From: Chrysomallon squamiferum
Lineage: Eukaryota > Animalia > Mollusca
Direction: 5' to 3'
Assembly: GCA_012295275.1 (NCBI GenBank)
Contig: CM022665.1
Coordinates: 39,928,001-39,992,000, forward strand
DNA: 64,000 bases
Each line of letters begins with the position of its first letter. The stretch's first letter is position 1. Below, in pieces: positions 44,782 to 60,327 of this stretch. The translations under genes were made by a program, and so were the position numbers. The notes under the pieces are model-generated. The model was not told the DNA's origin. It ran no database searches and saw only the letters and a list, made by a program, of their open reading frames with translations.

Positions 44782-46494
44782 CATTTCATTTCTTTGAATC
44801 CAGGCTGTTTTGTTTATTCGGTAAACACTTACAAGAGTTACGATTTAAGCAACAGAAACGTTGCCAGCAAGGTTTTTTTCTGTTTTGTATAAAAGTATTT
44901 ACTTGTTACTGGATCACCAGCACTAGCGATAATACAGTCACATCGGTGACTGGATGACTTTAATATTAAATTTTATTACATATCAGACATAATTTATGGC
45001 CATTTATATAATAATAATATAAGATGATACCCGCTGTCGATAATCCTGAATCTCTTTCGTCGATTAAAATAATGAAACCTTTGCTTGCACCTTTTTAAGG
45101 ACAAGGACAGTAAAGAACACATGATATTCTTTGATACACTAGCTACGGAATTCTGGCTAGAACGGGAAATAATGCAATAAAGACACCGAAGAGAGATGGT
45201 CTTGTGATCCATCATGGCACAGACAAACAATTTAAAGAATGAGCCACTGATCACAGCGAGCACGTGATAAACATCACAATATTCTTAAATCGAAGACAAA
45301 TACTTAAATTAATCAACACTGAGACAAAAAAAAAAAAAAAAAAAAAAAATGTATCGTTGCATAGATCGTCTGAGCCAAATTCTATCAGCAAGAAACACAG
45401 AATGAATCTCCAGAGAGGACACTGAATTACAGAAGGAACCGGAAACTAAAAGACATTTCCATGTGGGAAGACGAACAAGAAAAACGAGGCGGTTCTGCTG
45501 AGTAATCCCCCAAAGAGCAGAGCCAGTTATTTAAATAAAAGATAATAGTTCGCTCGCGACCTCCCGCCGACCTATTTTTTATTTTTTATTTTTTTTATTG
45601 TTCAGGTCTTAGACACTTATCAAATGGATTGCGACAAAAAGAAAATGTCGTGCGTTCATGTATAAGCGACAGTTTTAGATTGCACTTGTTCAAGCAAATC
45701 AGCTTTAAAAAATTTCAAATTAAATTACATATTGCCACTGGTCTGATAAATCGATTATTTTACAGTATATTTTTTTTTTTTTTTTTTTTTTTTTTATCTT
45801 TCCAGTTGTGGTTGTCAAAAGACTGATTTTTATGTCTTGACCTGCGAGTCTTGGAAAGTGACCTCTTTTCTAAAGTTAGCAGAAAACATCGTTATAGGAA
45901 AATGATATTTTTATTATTTGTTTTCTATCTCTCTTTTTTTTTTTTTTTTTTTTTAAATTATTATTATTTTTTTATCTTCTTGTTGCTGTTGTTGTTGTTG
46001 TTATTTATTGATTATTATTTTTTTTTTTTTATTTACTGCGTTTGAGATTAAAATATATTTTTTAATCATTTTGTTTTCTTTAAATGTTCGTTGTTTGTTT
46101 CCTTCAAATATTTTTTCTTTCTTATTTTTATTTTTTTTTTTTCTTCTGGCAATTGTTTATTTTCGTCAATTCAAGGTCATAAAAACAAAAGAAACGAAAA
46201 CACTACAACTAAATGTGTTTTGTTTTTAATCTGAAACAAAAGTGAATAAGCGAAACAAGTCGACAGCAAGCTGTTATACAACAAAATGCGTACAAAACTT
46301 GTAACTCTAAATGTTCAGCTGTTTCAGAATTCACACAAAATAATAATGTTTGTTAATGAAAAATTATTCTCCAAACTAATAATCTTAACCTTGTTACTGA
46401 TCGTCGAGCTTTCCAAAACTCCTATTTGTGAATTAGACTACTGGCTATTTCGGGAAACTATCTTATATAAGCATATCTCTGTTTCGAATTAGTT

Positions 46495-46832
46495 CGAGTA
46501 TTTTCGTATTATTCGTGTACTCTCGTGTTAACATGCACATTCTAGAATTAGTCCGAATGTTTCCTTATTCGTCCGAGAACTCTTGTATAATTAGTCCCAG
46601 AATTCTCGCATTACCTCGGGTATTCTCGTATTTGATCGAGTACTTTCGTATTATTCGTGTACTGTTGTGTGGGTCTGTGTATTCTAGAATTAGTCCCGAT
46701 GCTTTTCCGTATTCGTCCTAGAATTCTTGCCTAATTAGTCTCAATATTCTCGTATTACCTCGGGTATTCTCGTACTTGGCCGCATCTTCTCGTATTAGTA
46801 CGTGTACTCTCGAATGAGTTCGTATAATCTCG
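46495..46832. repeat. 142-bp higher-order tandem repeat (~2.4 units) built from ~21-bp TATTCTCGTATTAGTC-like subunits
   Basis: Units start at 46495 and 46637, with a partial third near 46780. Confidence 0.8.
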
Positions 46833-48554
46833 CACGTCTTTTCTTTTAACCTGTGCCATGATGTAACTTATCAAATTCCCATTTCTCTTCCACTGACAAT
46901 TACGTGATAAAAAGGAACAGACCTACGAATCCTGGTCAGGGAAAATGAATGATTTGCTACAGACGTTTCTAAATACTTTTATCTTCTTCAAGCACCGTGT
47001 GAATGAAACTTAATCCATCCCTGTCACAACTTCGAATTGAAAAGTTGGAGAATAATGGGGTATTCAACAAAACAAACACGAATGTTCTGAAGTAGGATAC
47101 AAAAAAAGAGCAAAATAATTTGCAAAGCAAACAAATGTTTGGCAGATATTTTACTTTCGATAAATGAGATCAAGTGGTACATATTACTAAGGAAAATTCG
47201 TCCTTTTTTTCCCTTTCCCCTCTTCAAAACTTACGCAAGTAAGAAAGTCATATTTATATACGTTGACACGTAATCCATGCAAGAACACTTGAAAATGCTA
47301 AATGATGTGCAAAAAAATGTGTATGGTTTAGAGCAGGCAACCTTTTTTCCAGAATCAGGCTGTATGAGAACATGGCTCATTATCAGGCGGGCCTCACTGC
47401 TAATAAACGTTGTTTTACTCGTGAAATTAGTCGTGCATTCAGAAAACCGCGCTGAATATTGCAACGAAAATGTTGTTGTATAGACAGAAATAGAAAATAA
47501 AGAGTACAGAGCAAGATAATCATGTTATGTTGATGTGAAATAAAAGCAACGACAAACAATCAAAACGAATAAAAAAAATGGTAACGAAAATTGAGAAAGA
47601 GAGATAGGAAAAGGAACAGACAGACAGACATATAGAAATATGATAGATACAGATACAGACAGACAGGTAGACAGACCGCTAGATATATAGATAGGTAGGT
47701 AGATAGGTACACAGAAAGTCAAACAGACAGACAGACATACATACAGACACATAGATGGACGGATATATACAGAGATGAACAGACTGATAACTGAAAAAGA
47801 GACAGACAAACACAAAGATAAAACAATATGAAGAAAAAGAAAGAGAAAAAGAGAGAGAGAGAGAGAATAACTGAAACCAAAGATTACACAAAGATCAAAG
47901 TAAATGAACGGAAAAAACACAAAGGAACAGAAAACGATAAGAAACAAAGGTTTCATAACAGACAAAAAAAAAAAAAACTTTCAGAACGAAAAAGAAAAAC
48001 AAACGAGTAAACGATGAAAAACGTCAATAAAACAAACACCACTTGACGCGTATTCATCTCGTTTAGCACGCAATCTCTTCATGCTAACTCAGAAAAGATG
48101 ATGTCGTTTCAGCTCATAGAGCTACAAGTACCTCTCAAGCACCCTCTAAAACCCACGGACGTTTTTCCATTAGACTTAAAGTGAGCCTGGTTTCTTGCAC
48201 ACGTCCAAGTACAAAGCCGTTTGAAGAATTCTTGAACGATAACCTGCCACCTCGATTAGAACAATAGACACATTTACTAAACACTTAAGACAAAAGAAAA
48301 TTGCAGCTATTGCTGTTGCAAAATAGTCGTGATTTCAAATCAGTAAATAACAGAAATACGATTTAGATAACTCTGGTTGAAGATACGCACTGGAAGCCAG
48401 CTTGTACCTAGAATAGTTACAACAAAATGATTCCGTGTGCTGATCTGTATCGTTATCTGTAAGTTCAGCAGGCATGTATGTAGAAACTGCGCAAGCAGCT
48501 GAATTTAGATAAAGTTAAAAACATTCAGTGATTGTTCAAGTTAACAAGCCAACT

Positions 48555-48663
<109 letters not shown>

Positions 48664-48824
48664 CATATATAACAAACAAACCCAAATTTCAATTTCAGCA
48701 ACTGTCTGTGCAACTACGTAACTTTCTCATCTACGGTTTTATGACAGCTTATTCGTAGTTAAATATCATACAGGTAATGAAAGAAGAAAATTACACTACA
48801 CCGCGCAATAGTCTTTTCTTTTAA

Positions 48825-49000
48825 AAACGAATAGCCACGTATCTTTTATGTTCACTTTTCCTTGAACTGGCAAACACATAGCTTTAATAAAATAGTTTTT
48901 GGGACACTGGCTGGAATAAGATGCAAACCAATGGTGTCCCACTAATAAGGATTGATCCTTCAACCCATGACGTCAAAGTTCAGAGTTCTAAACAAGAGAA
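48825..49000 (-). mobile_element. Old SINE relic, reverse orientation
   Basis: 'tatcttttatgttcacttttcc...cactggctggaat...ggattgatcct' is the reverse complement of the same SINE core and B-box region. Confidence 0.5.
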
Positions 49001-51295
49001 ACAGCGCATTCTTACAACGTACCTACAAAAACTATCACCGACTTAAATGTTAAAACTCCAACATTCAAAAAATCGTAACCAACATTTTTTTTTTTTTTTT
49101 TTTTTTTTTGTATAATATGACATAAAAGAAAATTTTCGAAGATTTTAATATTAATTTCAGGCATGAAAAAAAAAGAAAAGAAAATCTTTTCAGGTTGTTA
49201 TAAATTATAAATGCTTTTCAGTTCAAAGCAACCTAGTGCAAAGAAAAGAAGCTGAGTACAAAAAAAAAAAACACAATACGACATTCACAGATGGAAATTA
49301 ACTTGGCAAACGTTTGAAAACAGCATGTTACGACATTTATCATTTTCTTTTGAAACAGAATGCGAGAAAAGATGTAATAACGAGGAACACAAAAAATAAA
49401 AATAAAAAAAAAAAAAAAAATAAAAATAGAAGGAAAGAAAATACAAACACAGTTAAAAATTAAAATAAAAATTCTAAACCAAAACAGGTACAAAAGAATT
49501 AATTTAAAGTACAAACTTTTCCGTTTTTTATTTTATTTTAATTAATTTTTTTTTTTTTTTTTTTTTAAATAAATTTTTTTTTTATATGCTAAACCTGTTT
49601 TTCCGTGGGTTATTTTATTTTTTTTCTTTCTTTCTTTATTACTTTTTTCTTCTTCTTCTTCTTTTTTTTTTTTTTTTTTTTTTTTTTTTGATTTTTTTTT
49701 TTGCCTTAGAGGTATTCAGAATGAAAACATCTGAGTTAAATTAGATTTTTAAAAAAGTGACATTTTAAAATGAGCATCAAGGTCGAGATAAACTTTTAAT
49801 GGCAATCCGAATTTGGAATATCTATTTCTGGAATGTATTTTATTCTCACCTTTGACCTCGTGGAACTCGTCAAATTCAGATTTCTCAGAATGGATCTCAG
49901 ATTCAGAAAACTATTAACGGAGTGCCTAAAACTGGTTGGGGATGAAGGTCACGTACGAAGGAATTTTTGGATCTTGTTTGCATAATTTTGCCAGAATGCT
50001 TGTAAGTGCTAAAGATGTCAGATCGTTTTGCAAAGAATTAATAGAAGATACAGCGAAAACTGTTGCTGTTTATATTAGTACTCCTACAATTAATACTAAT
50101 GTTGTTGCTGCTGCTACTGCTACTACTACTGCTACTTTTACTACTGTTACTGCTTTACTACTACTACTGTTATTAATACTATTACTATTATTGCTATTAC
50201 TGTACTACTACTTTACTATTATTGCTATTACTGTACTACTACTATTACTATTATTGCTATTACTGTACTACTACTGTTACTATACTACTACTACCACTAT
50301 ACTACTATTACTATTACTACTACTACTATGCTACTACTACTATACTAATACAACTATTACTACTATTATTACTACTATTATTCGTAACAGTTGAATACTA
50401 GTGGTAGTGGTAGCAGCAGCATTAATACTAGTCGTAGTAGTAGTAGTTGAAGTAGTAGTAGTGACAGTAACTGGAGTGTAGTGTTAGTAGTAGCTGTAGT
50501 GGTGGTGGTATTGGTGGTAGCAGTCGCTGTCGTTGTCGTAGTAGTAGTCGTGGTGGTGGTGGTGATAGTAGTGGTAATAGTAATACTAGTAATGGAAAAT
50601 AGCTCAAATTCTGTCTAGCATTAGTGCAATTGTTTCTTTTTCTTTTCTTTTTTTTTTTCTTTTTCATTAATGAAGGACAGATGGATGAACTCTAATCAAT
50701 CTAATTATGTACACATTTTAAACTTTCACAGCAACAACAACTAAAAAATAAATAAATAAAAAGAATTCTTCATACTTCTGTCAATTCCTTGGAAACCCTA
50801 ATCACATTATGTTTTTTTAAAGAAAAAAGTCAACGAAAATCGAAGAATTCTTTCTAATCATAATATTGTTTGAACGTGACACAAACAGAAAGTTATTTAA
50901 TGTTGTTTTTTTTACTTGCATGGATGTTTCAGTCTCAGTTGCAGCCAATAGTGTCATAAGATGAGAAAATCTGATCAAAACATCCCTCCCAGTTATTTTA
51001 TTTTTATTTTTATTTACTCATTTATTTATTTATTTATTATTATTATTATTATTAATATATGTATATGTATGTATGTATGTACGTAGTTTTAGATAGTTAC
51101 TTGAGAGAATATTACACTCTCTTTACTCTAGAAATAATGAATACTGGGGATGAGGCAATGATAAGACAGTTATTTATACTACGTAATGGAGACGGTTTGT
51201 ATGCATAACGCAACTAAACAACGAACAAACAAATAAAGAAAGAAGAAGAAAAATCAACAAGGTGATTAATCATTATAAGAAAAAGGATGGCGGGG

Positions 51296-51483
<188 letters not shown>

Positions 51484-51622
51484 AGACCGAAACAGAAAAT
51501 GAGAGAGAATAAGAATGAGAGATAAAGAGCAAGACAGAAAGATTAAGATAGACAGAGAGAGAGAGTGAGAGAGCTTTTTATATTTTCATTTTCAAAAGAT
51601 TCATAACAAAAATATCAGAAAT

Positions 51623-51731
<109 letters not shown>

Positions 51732-52361
51732 CCCTAATTCTTTATCCATTTCTGTTTGTATCTGAGTGTTCAGCTCTTTCATGCATATAATTATACGACT
51801 GTTCATTTATCTCTTCGGGTTCGCGAATGTGTATTCAATTGTTATCAATCTCAACATCTTGCTGAAGCTATTTATTATATTATCTCTATTATACTGAATT
51901 AGACACATATTTTCCACTATTGTTATTATTATTGTAGCCACATTTTCCCCTGTAAGCATGCAGTTTGTGGAATTGCAATTAGCAAGACTTCTCTGACAGC
52001 GAGACGTTTATCAACGCGTGTTATTCTGGTGCATTATCGACGCGTGTGGCTCTTGTTTTATATTTCTGTTTATAGACTTTCTCTTTCCACAAACACAGCA
52101 AGTCATTCTGCGGTCATGATACCAAAAATTACATATTTCGTATCAGTAAGTTTTAACATAAAAATTATCTTGTTCTTTTCTATCACATAATTGTAAAAAA
52201 AAAAAAAAATCGCCACGTACGAATGATAGAAAAAGGTTTATTACTTCTTGATATGATAATCTGAAGAGAAAATATCTGAAGCCGAGCAAACAGATATTAA
52301 ATTGCGTATATATAAATATTCGTGTTTTATGATATATACGGATGGGAAGATAAACTAAATT

Positions 52362-52922
<561 letters not shown>

Positions 52923-53518
52923 CGTTCTTGGTGTTATTAATAATTATTTATAGAGATTAGGGAAGACTTTTACTTCCTACAAGCAGTCCTTTTCCTTTTC
53001 ACAGATTTATACCACATTCTATAATGACCTGTCACATACCATCAAAACAGAATCACGCTGACACAAACCTTATACCATTCCTAATGTCAACTGACACGGG
53101 TCCGATAAATGCCAATTACAGAGCTTTATTTAGATACATTTATTTGTTTACGGTACCATGCGGATAATTAACTTAGTAGATGATGGTGCGATTATTTCTA
53201 CGTGTGTTACCAACATTTGAAACACACGTGGCTTTTGTGGAAATTTTCTTCTGTTAACAACAAATGAGAAATGATCGTATTTCAAGCGTTAATGTGTAGC
53301 GGTGAAACTGTTGAACGTTCGCACCATGTCGGGTCACAGATGAGGATGCAATCCTTGTTAAGTGAGTTAATGACACCATCCCTTACTTCAGTGAGTGACC
53401 TACCATATTATAAAGACAGTAGTAAGAGTTTTTTCCTGTATATGAGAAGATACATTTAAAATATACTTGTTGCTAATCGAAAAAATTATCCCTATCTTAT
53501 TACTATCAATGGATTTTT

Positions 53519-53612
<94 letters not shown>

Positions 53613-54176
53613 AAATCGTTGAAATAGATTTTAAACTGACAGTCAGATATCTACAGAAATAATGAAGTTACGTTTCAAATTGGTTTATTAAATTCAGCAT
53701 CAAAGAAAAACAAGCTTTTGATGTGTCTTTTCAGGCCAAGACGTAAAAACATGTATGGGGGGCTGCGTAACTGACGAACAAAAGGGCCCGAGTTGCATGG
53801 ATGCTTCTCCGATCGAGATGCCTTTAAATCTCTAGAATGCAAGAGATGCATTTTCCTGCATTCTGGGAAGTAACTGGCAAGGGAGATAATGAAATTAGAA
53901 CGAATTCACGGAAAAATTCACGTACCACTCGCACACTCTATGTACGGAACAGCAGTTAGTCGACTATTTTAACTGGAACTCATTCATAAACCATAGTAAT
54001 CAAAACTTCTGTCTTACCGAAATCTGGTTTCTCAGTGAGCCAATGAAAATGATTGGCTTTCATCGGGTGCAGCTTCTCAGCCAATCAAATTACACAGTTC
54101 AGATGATTACAGCAAATCTCGCCTTTCGCGAAACACCAATTAGCTAACAATGTGTGAAGTGTTAACGATTACTTAC

Positions 54177-54743
54177 CTAACATTCTAATGACCACCCGCC
54201 TCGGCTGCGTCATCGAGTTGCTGTGACTTCGACCGCGACTGCACTTCCCGAAGTTTGGTTTATCGTCCGAATAATCTCTCGCAAGGCTGGACTTTCTTAA
54301 GGTAATCCCAATGAGAATATACAACACAATAATTAACGTTACGGGAGACACGAAAAACAAGAATGTCGACACTTGAAACATGTACGTCATCCCAAATCTC
54401 CATTCTTTGCGAATGTTGCAGACTAGGGACTCCTTGATGGGTTCGTGCGTTCTGGGATGGTGAAGCTCGTAAAACACTCTCGTATGAACCGCGTACGGTA
54501 GGGCCGCCAGAAGAGCGATAATCCAAATTAGGATTATTATCTTAACGCATCTGGATAATCCCACCATGCGATGAGCTTGTAAAGGTCGACAGATGGCAAC
54601 ATAGCGTTCCGCAGTGAATGCGGCGATAGTCAACACGGAAGCATATGACGTCATTTCCATCACAGAATGACGTATGATACAGAACGGTTCTCCAAATCTC
54701 CATGGATACGATTCCCAGATGCCGTGTAGTTCTGGCGGTAATC
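54177..54743 (-). CDS. PRXamide-type GPCR, end of TM2 to start of TM6 exon; TM1-TM2 exon(s) not found, presumably beyond the right edge
   Basis: Lies in ORF 54169..54759; GLPPEL..W..YPWRFGEPFC...EMTSYASVLTI.AFTAERYVAICRP (ERY motif); 567 nt, phase 1/1, ttcag/gtaagt. Confidence 0.94.
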
Positions 54744-54925
54744 CTGAAACAAGGGACAAAATACATTAAAATTAAATCTGAAAGTAAAATACAAGTGATT
54801 TACTGTATAATACGAACATGTAATGTCAGCTCGCAGTCTGTAGAACTACAGTCTTATCAACATGAATTGAACTGTTAGTTGATAAAATAACAGACAGATG
54901 GGAAAGAATTCCACAGTATTAATCT

Positions 54926-55023
<98 letters not shown>

Positions 55024-55098
55024 ACAAACATACACACATTAAAGAACTGTACCCTCCTTTGTGTTTGAATGTGATGCTAGATTTTCAAGAAAAAAAAA

Positions 55099-55163
<65 letters not shown>

Positions 55164-56684
55164 TATTATTATTGCTACATAAAATGAAAAACATAACACT
55201 ATTCACTATTACATACGTCAAGCTGACATTAATTTATTGAGAAACAAGATAGACTGATCATCAGAAATACACAACAAACCATGACATTTATATCAGAAAA
55301 AGAAAAGAAAAAAAAAAAAAAAAAAAAAAACAACAACAAAAAAACCATGACGATATCCGAAACAAAGCACATCTGTTATTTTAATTGCACGTGACCCTAC
55401 AGACAAGTGTCAGTCGATAATATATTTGCAACGTCTAATCTTTCGTCGGTTCGTGGAATCAGAAAAAATAAGCAATACTTCATTTTATAAATAGAAAGGT
55501 ACAAAAAAAAAAAAAGTATACAGTAATTAAGCTTCACTTTTCACAAAACTGTGTGATAACGGGAACTTGTTTATTTATTAATATGTCAGATTTTTCATTA
55601 TCCTACGGCTGTTCGTTGTCAAATCTGATGAATATTTTTTCGTTTCGCTTTGTGTTTGTTGTGTGTGTGTGTGTGTGTGTGTCTGTCTGTCTGTTTTTGT
55701 CTGTGTATATGTATGTATGTATGTATGTATGTGTGTATCTGTGTGTTAAATAGAAAGAAGGAAAGAGACAAATGAACAAAATATCCATTAATTGTCCTTT
55801 ACTTTCGTTCTTTGAGATTTTTTCCTATTCTAGCTAATACTACCAACTAATTTTAAAAAAGAAGAAATAAAAAAGGCCGTGATATATACTTTCGAATGTA
55901 TTTATAAAAGGGTCCTTGCTGCCAACCGATAAGAGTAACACATGATTCGATTTCACACTGCGTTATGAACTGTAACTTACCATGGCTATTTATAGTATCT
56001 AATAAGTAAGGTTAACACGTGAAATAACGTCAAAAATATAAGCTACAAATTCATTTTACAATCATTAAATTCCATTATTATTATTATTAGAAATATGAGA
56101 TGTTTTGAAAAAAATGTAGATCGAGTAGTTTTCAAGTAATACGAGGCAGGACATACAGGTTACAAAATCACCAAGACTACGAGACATTCTGACGCGCTGG
56201 TTAAGAACGATAACTTTTCTTAATTAGAATTATCTCCCTTCCCGTCTGCAAGCCATTCGATTTTTTTTTTTTTTTTTTTTTTTTCTAAGTAAAGACACCA
56301 AAGATTTTATCAGACGTTTGTCTGTGAAGCATGGAGAGTGATGTCTGACTACTGTTTAACAACTGTTTTCTTTAAACAAAATAACAGTGGTAGACAGAAA
56401 AGAGAAAGAAACTAGATGATACGATATGCTTTATTTTTAACTGTGCCGCAGCGGGAAGTAACAATAATCTACATAAAACTGCAAAATAAAACACCCAGCA
56501 AGCTACTACTGCTACTACTACTACTACTACTACTACTTTTGGTAGTAGTTGTTGTTTTGTACTTGTAGTAGAAGTAGCGGTAGCAGAAGAAAAAATAATG
56601 ACGATGAAGACGACGAATGCGAAGAATGGATGTGGAATATTGTATCGCACTCTGAAATTAAGCTTCATTATCATTATTATTCCA

Positions 56685-56742
<58 letters not shown>

Positions 56743-57355
56743 CAGTTAGTATTATTACTGTTGTTGTTGTTGCTGCTGCTGTTTTTTTACTTACTTACTT
56801 ATTTTATTTTATTTTATTTTATTTACTCACCAACCTATTTATTTTATTTTATTATTTTATTTTATTTTAATTTATTTATTTATTTATTTATTATTTTATT
56901 TATTATTTAATTATTTATTTATTTATTTACTGTCATAAATATGAAAAAGAATTACTTAGAATTACGAATTTCTGATGTCTCATGTTCAACATTTGATGGA
57001 TTCAGGTACTTCGGTTTATCAAATTTCAGCTTGACACGGCTTGTTATGTGTGTAAAACGAGGCAATTAATTTAAAACACGATTAGACGTACGAACGTTAC
57101 AAGATTAAAACTTCATCTTTTACAATAATTATGACAAACTATTGTTAAGTTAAGCTGCGACAATGATAAACAGTAATGTCTGAGTTAATTACATTGACCG
57201 ATTTCAGAAATGATTTTATTGTCCTTTTTTTTTTCTTTAATTTAATACGTGTTATTTTATTTATCGCAAATTACATATAACTGATACATATATACATAAA
57301 TACATATATAAATACATAAATACATACATACATACATACATACATACATACATAC

Positions 57356-57416
<61 letters not shown>

Positions 57417-58192
57417 TACGTTTAAATCCTGTAAAAAGGGTTTGGTTAAAAATAACAGTGTTGCATTAAAGCTTTCTAATTTTATAAATATTTAGCCCAA
57501 ATTTTAAATAATTTTCAAGGTGAGCCATTTCTTAGCTTTTTGTTTGTTTTTGTTTTTATTTTTCGGTTTATTTGTATTTGTTTTTACTTGGTTTTGTTAT
57601 GAATTTTTTAATGTTTTAATTTTAATTTTTAATTTTTTTTTAAATACATTATTTTATTTTATTTTATTTAACTTTGTTATACTTACTTTTCTTTCATTCT
57701 TTCTTTCTTTCTTTCTTTTTTTTTTTTTTATGTCTCTATTTATGTTTTTTTTTTTTTTTTAAAGATATATTCTGGGTATTCATCAGCCACAGTTACGCCA
57801 TACTTCACACTATTTAAAAAGTTTCTACACACTAATTACATAATTAAAAATAACTTGTACTGCATTACACAGCGTTCAAACAAGCCCTTTCCTTCTTTAC
57901 GTCAACATCTGAGCGTAAAAAAAGTAAAACTGTGCAGCCTTCCTATCATAATTATAAACTGTAAGCCTCATCATCCATTCCTCTCACCTCACTTCAAATC
58001 AGATTCATAATTATCGTAATCTCGAATTCAAGAGAACCATTCAGATAAAAAAAAAAAAATTAAATTATTAAACAGTTGGCAGCACTATTAAACATCCCGA
58101 TAGTTTGGAACAAGATTAAGATGGTTTTATCTCTTTATTTTGTTGAGAAAAAAAAAAAAAAAAAAAAAAAAGAATAATAATAATAATAATAA

Positions 58193-58224
<32 letters not shown>

Positions 58225-58599
58225 AAGAAAAGAAAGAAAGAAAGAAAAAAAAGAACGATAAAGAATTAGCTATTACTTCGATTATAAAGCGTGAACTTAA
58301 TAGAGCTCTTTTATCACGCACCAGTGGGTACATGAAAACAAATTTGAAGAGACGGATTTCCTGTAGTGATGTAAAGTTGTTTTTCTATTTATCTATAATT
58401 GATTTACCATATTGTTTCACGAAGCTGGATCCTCTGAGAAAGAAATAAATAAATAAAAAATATAAAAAATATAAAAAAAAAAACCTGGCGTCAAACATTG
58501 ACAATGAAATTCCAATACTGTACCAAGACAACACCTGACAAATTTTTTAATTGATTAATTTTCCCTCGTTCAATAACTTTCGCTTTCACTTTGGATATA

Positions 58600-58970
58600 A
58601 GCGGGAGACTGTGAATAAGATGGAGTGGTTAGGACTTAGGTTTCAAAGCTGATAGGCAGCAAGTTCGTATCTCGATAGTGGATTCTTGCAAGGAGAAGTT
58701 AGACAGTTATATCCATTGCCAAATCTGTCCTGTCTAACTTATACTTACACACTTATATTACTTAGGTTTCAAAGCTGATAGCCAGTAGGTTCGTATCTCG
58801 ATAGCGGATTCTAGCTAGGAAGGAGGAGATAAGCAGTCATAATCATTGCCCAGTCTCTTCTCTCTGACTTATACTTACAAACTAATATTAGCGTTTATTT
58901 GTGTATTAAATGAACGAGTACCTTGTCCAGAGCAAATGTATTTAGAACGTCGTTGAAAGCAAGTACAGCA
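58600..58970 (+). mobile_element. Second-family tRNA-derived SINE relic with an internal ~127-bp tandem duplication
   Basis: CTTAGGTTTCAAAGCTGATAG...GTTCGTATCTCGATAG...CTTATACTTACA occurs at 58635-58760 and 58761-58890; the B-box-like GGTTCGTATCTC is preceded by A-box-like GGAGTGGTTAGGAC. Confidence 0.55.
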
Positions 58971-60005
58971 CATTACGAAAACTTGGCTGACGGACTGATC
59001 GGGAAATAATCATGTTTCGGGGAATTTTTGCAGGTGTTTTTGCAAAACCCTGCTTCTTCTATTCAAGCTTCCGTAAAAACCGAGTAATCTGCAGTTTTTG
59101 AACACGATGATATTCCTTTGAAGAAGAGTTACCATCTCGCACAAAAAACAAAAAAAAACCCATACGCTGTTAGCTATTTCTGGATTCCTAGATGCAAAGA
59201 ACATAAACTGCAAGAACACTGCTGATGATGTGTGAAAAAAAAAAAATGTACCTCGAGATGCAAATAGTTTTACGCAAGAAGCCATTAAGACAAGCAGTGA
59301 TATGCATATTTTTGTAACTATCTTACAGCAACTGCTTCGAAATGCAAATTGTTTTTACGCACTGAGTTATTCGATGCAAACAGATAAGTACGACAGAATA
59401 ATCGTAATACTTCGTATTGCTATGCCTTTCATTATTATTTTCTCAGATGGTTTAAACACTTTTGTTATGGGCATAATAACAGCCAAAATCGACTGACTCA
59501 CCTACAGAAAAAAAAAAAAAAACAACAACAAAAAAACAACAACATAAACATCAAATTTTGTTTACAGTTATGAAAATAACACGAGAACTCGGTTCGCTCG
59601 TGATATATCAAAATATTCAGCTTCTAAATCACAACAATTCTCTGTTTCGTAAGATATAAAGTTATAAGTAAGGAGCGGTTATCTATAAAATACACACAAT
59701 TCTCGTTTGTATTAAACTGATCTGTGATGCCGACGTCACACTGTTTCCACTGAATGCTTTTTTTTAATAGGATTTATACTTTACACACATAAATATCAAA
59801 ATTATCTTACTAAAATTTAATTATTAAATTTAGTGGACAAAAGTCGTATTGTAGTGATACTAAAACGTCTTTCTATTTAGTGTAAATAATCTTTCTTTTT
59901 CTTTCTTTCTTTTTTTCTGAATATTTTTCCTCGATGCTGTAGAGCAATTTATGTTTGTTTCGTAAAACCAAAAAAAAAAAAAAACTAAAAAAGTTTTAAA
60001 TAAGC

Positions 60006-60075
<70 letters not shown>

Positions 60076-60176
60076 TCTCTGTGTGTGTGTGTCTATGTGT
60101 GTGTGTCTATGTGTGTGTATATGTAAAAAAAGTTTTAAATAAGCGCAATCTCTGTCTCTGTCTCTCTCTCTCTCTC

Positions 60177-60262
<86 letters not shown>

Positions 60263-60290
60263 TATGTATGTGTGTGTATATGTATGTATA

Positions 60291-60327
<37 letters not shown>

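Noticed and set aside
54030-54145. Cluster of CCAAT/ATTGG boxes next to the GPCR exon
   Set aside because: No downstream gene is evident, and it could be a repeat fragment; cannot be supported from sequence alone.
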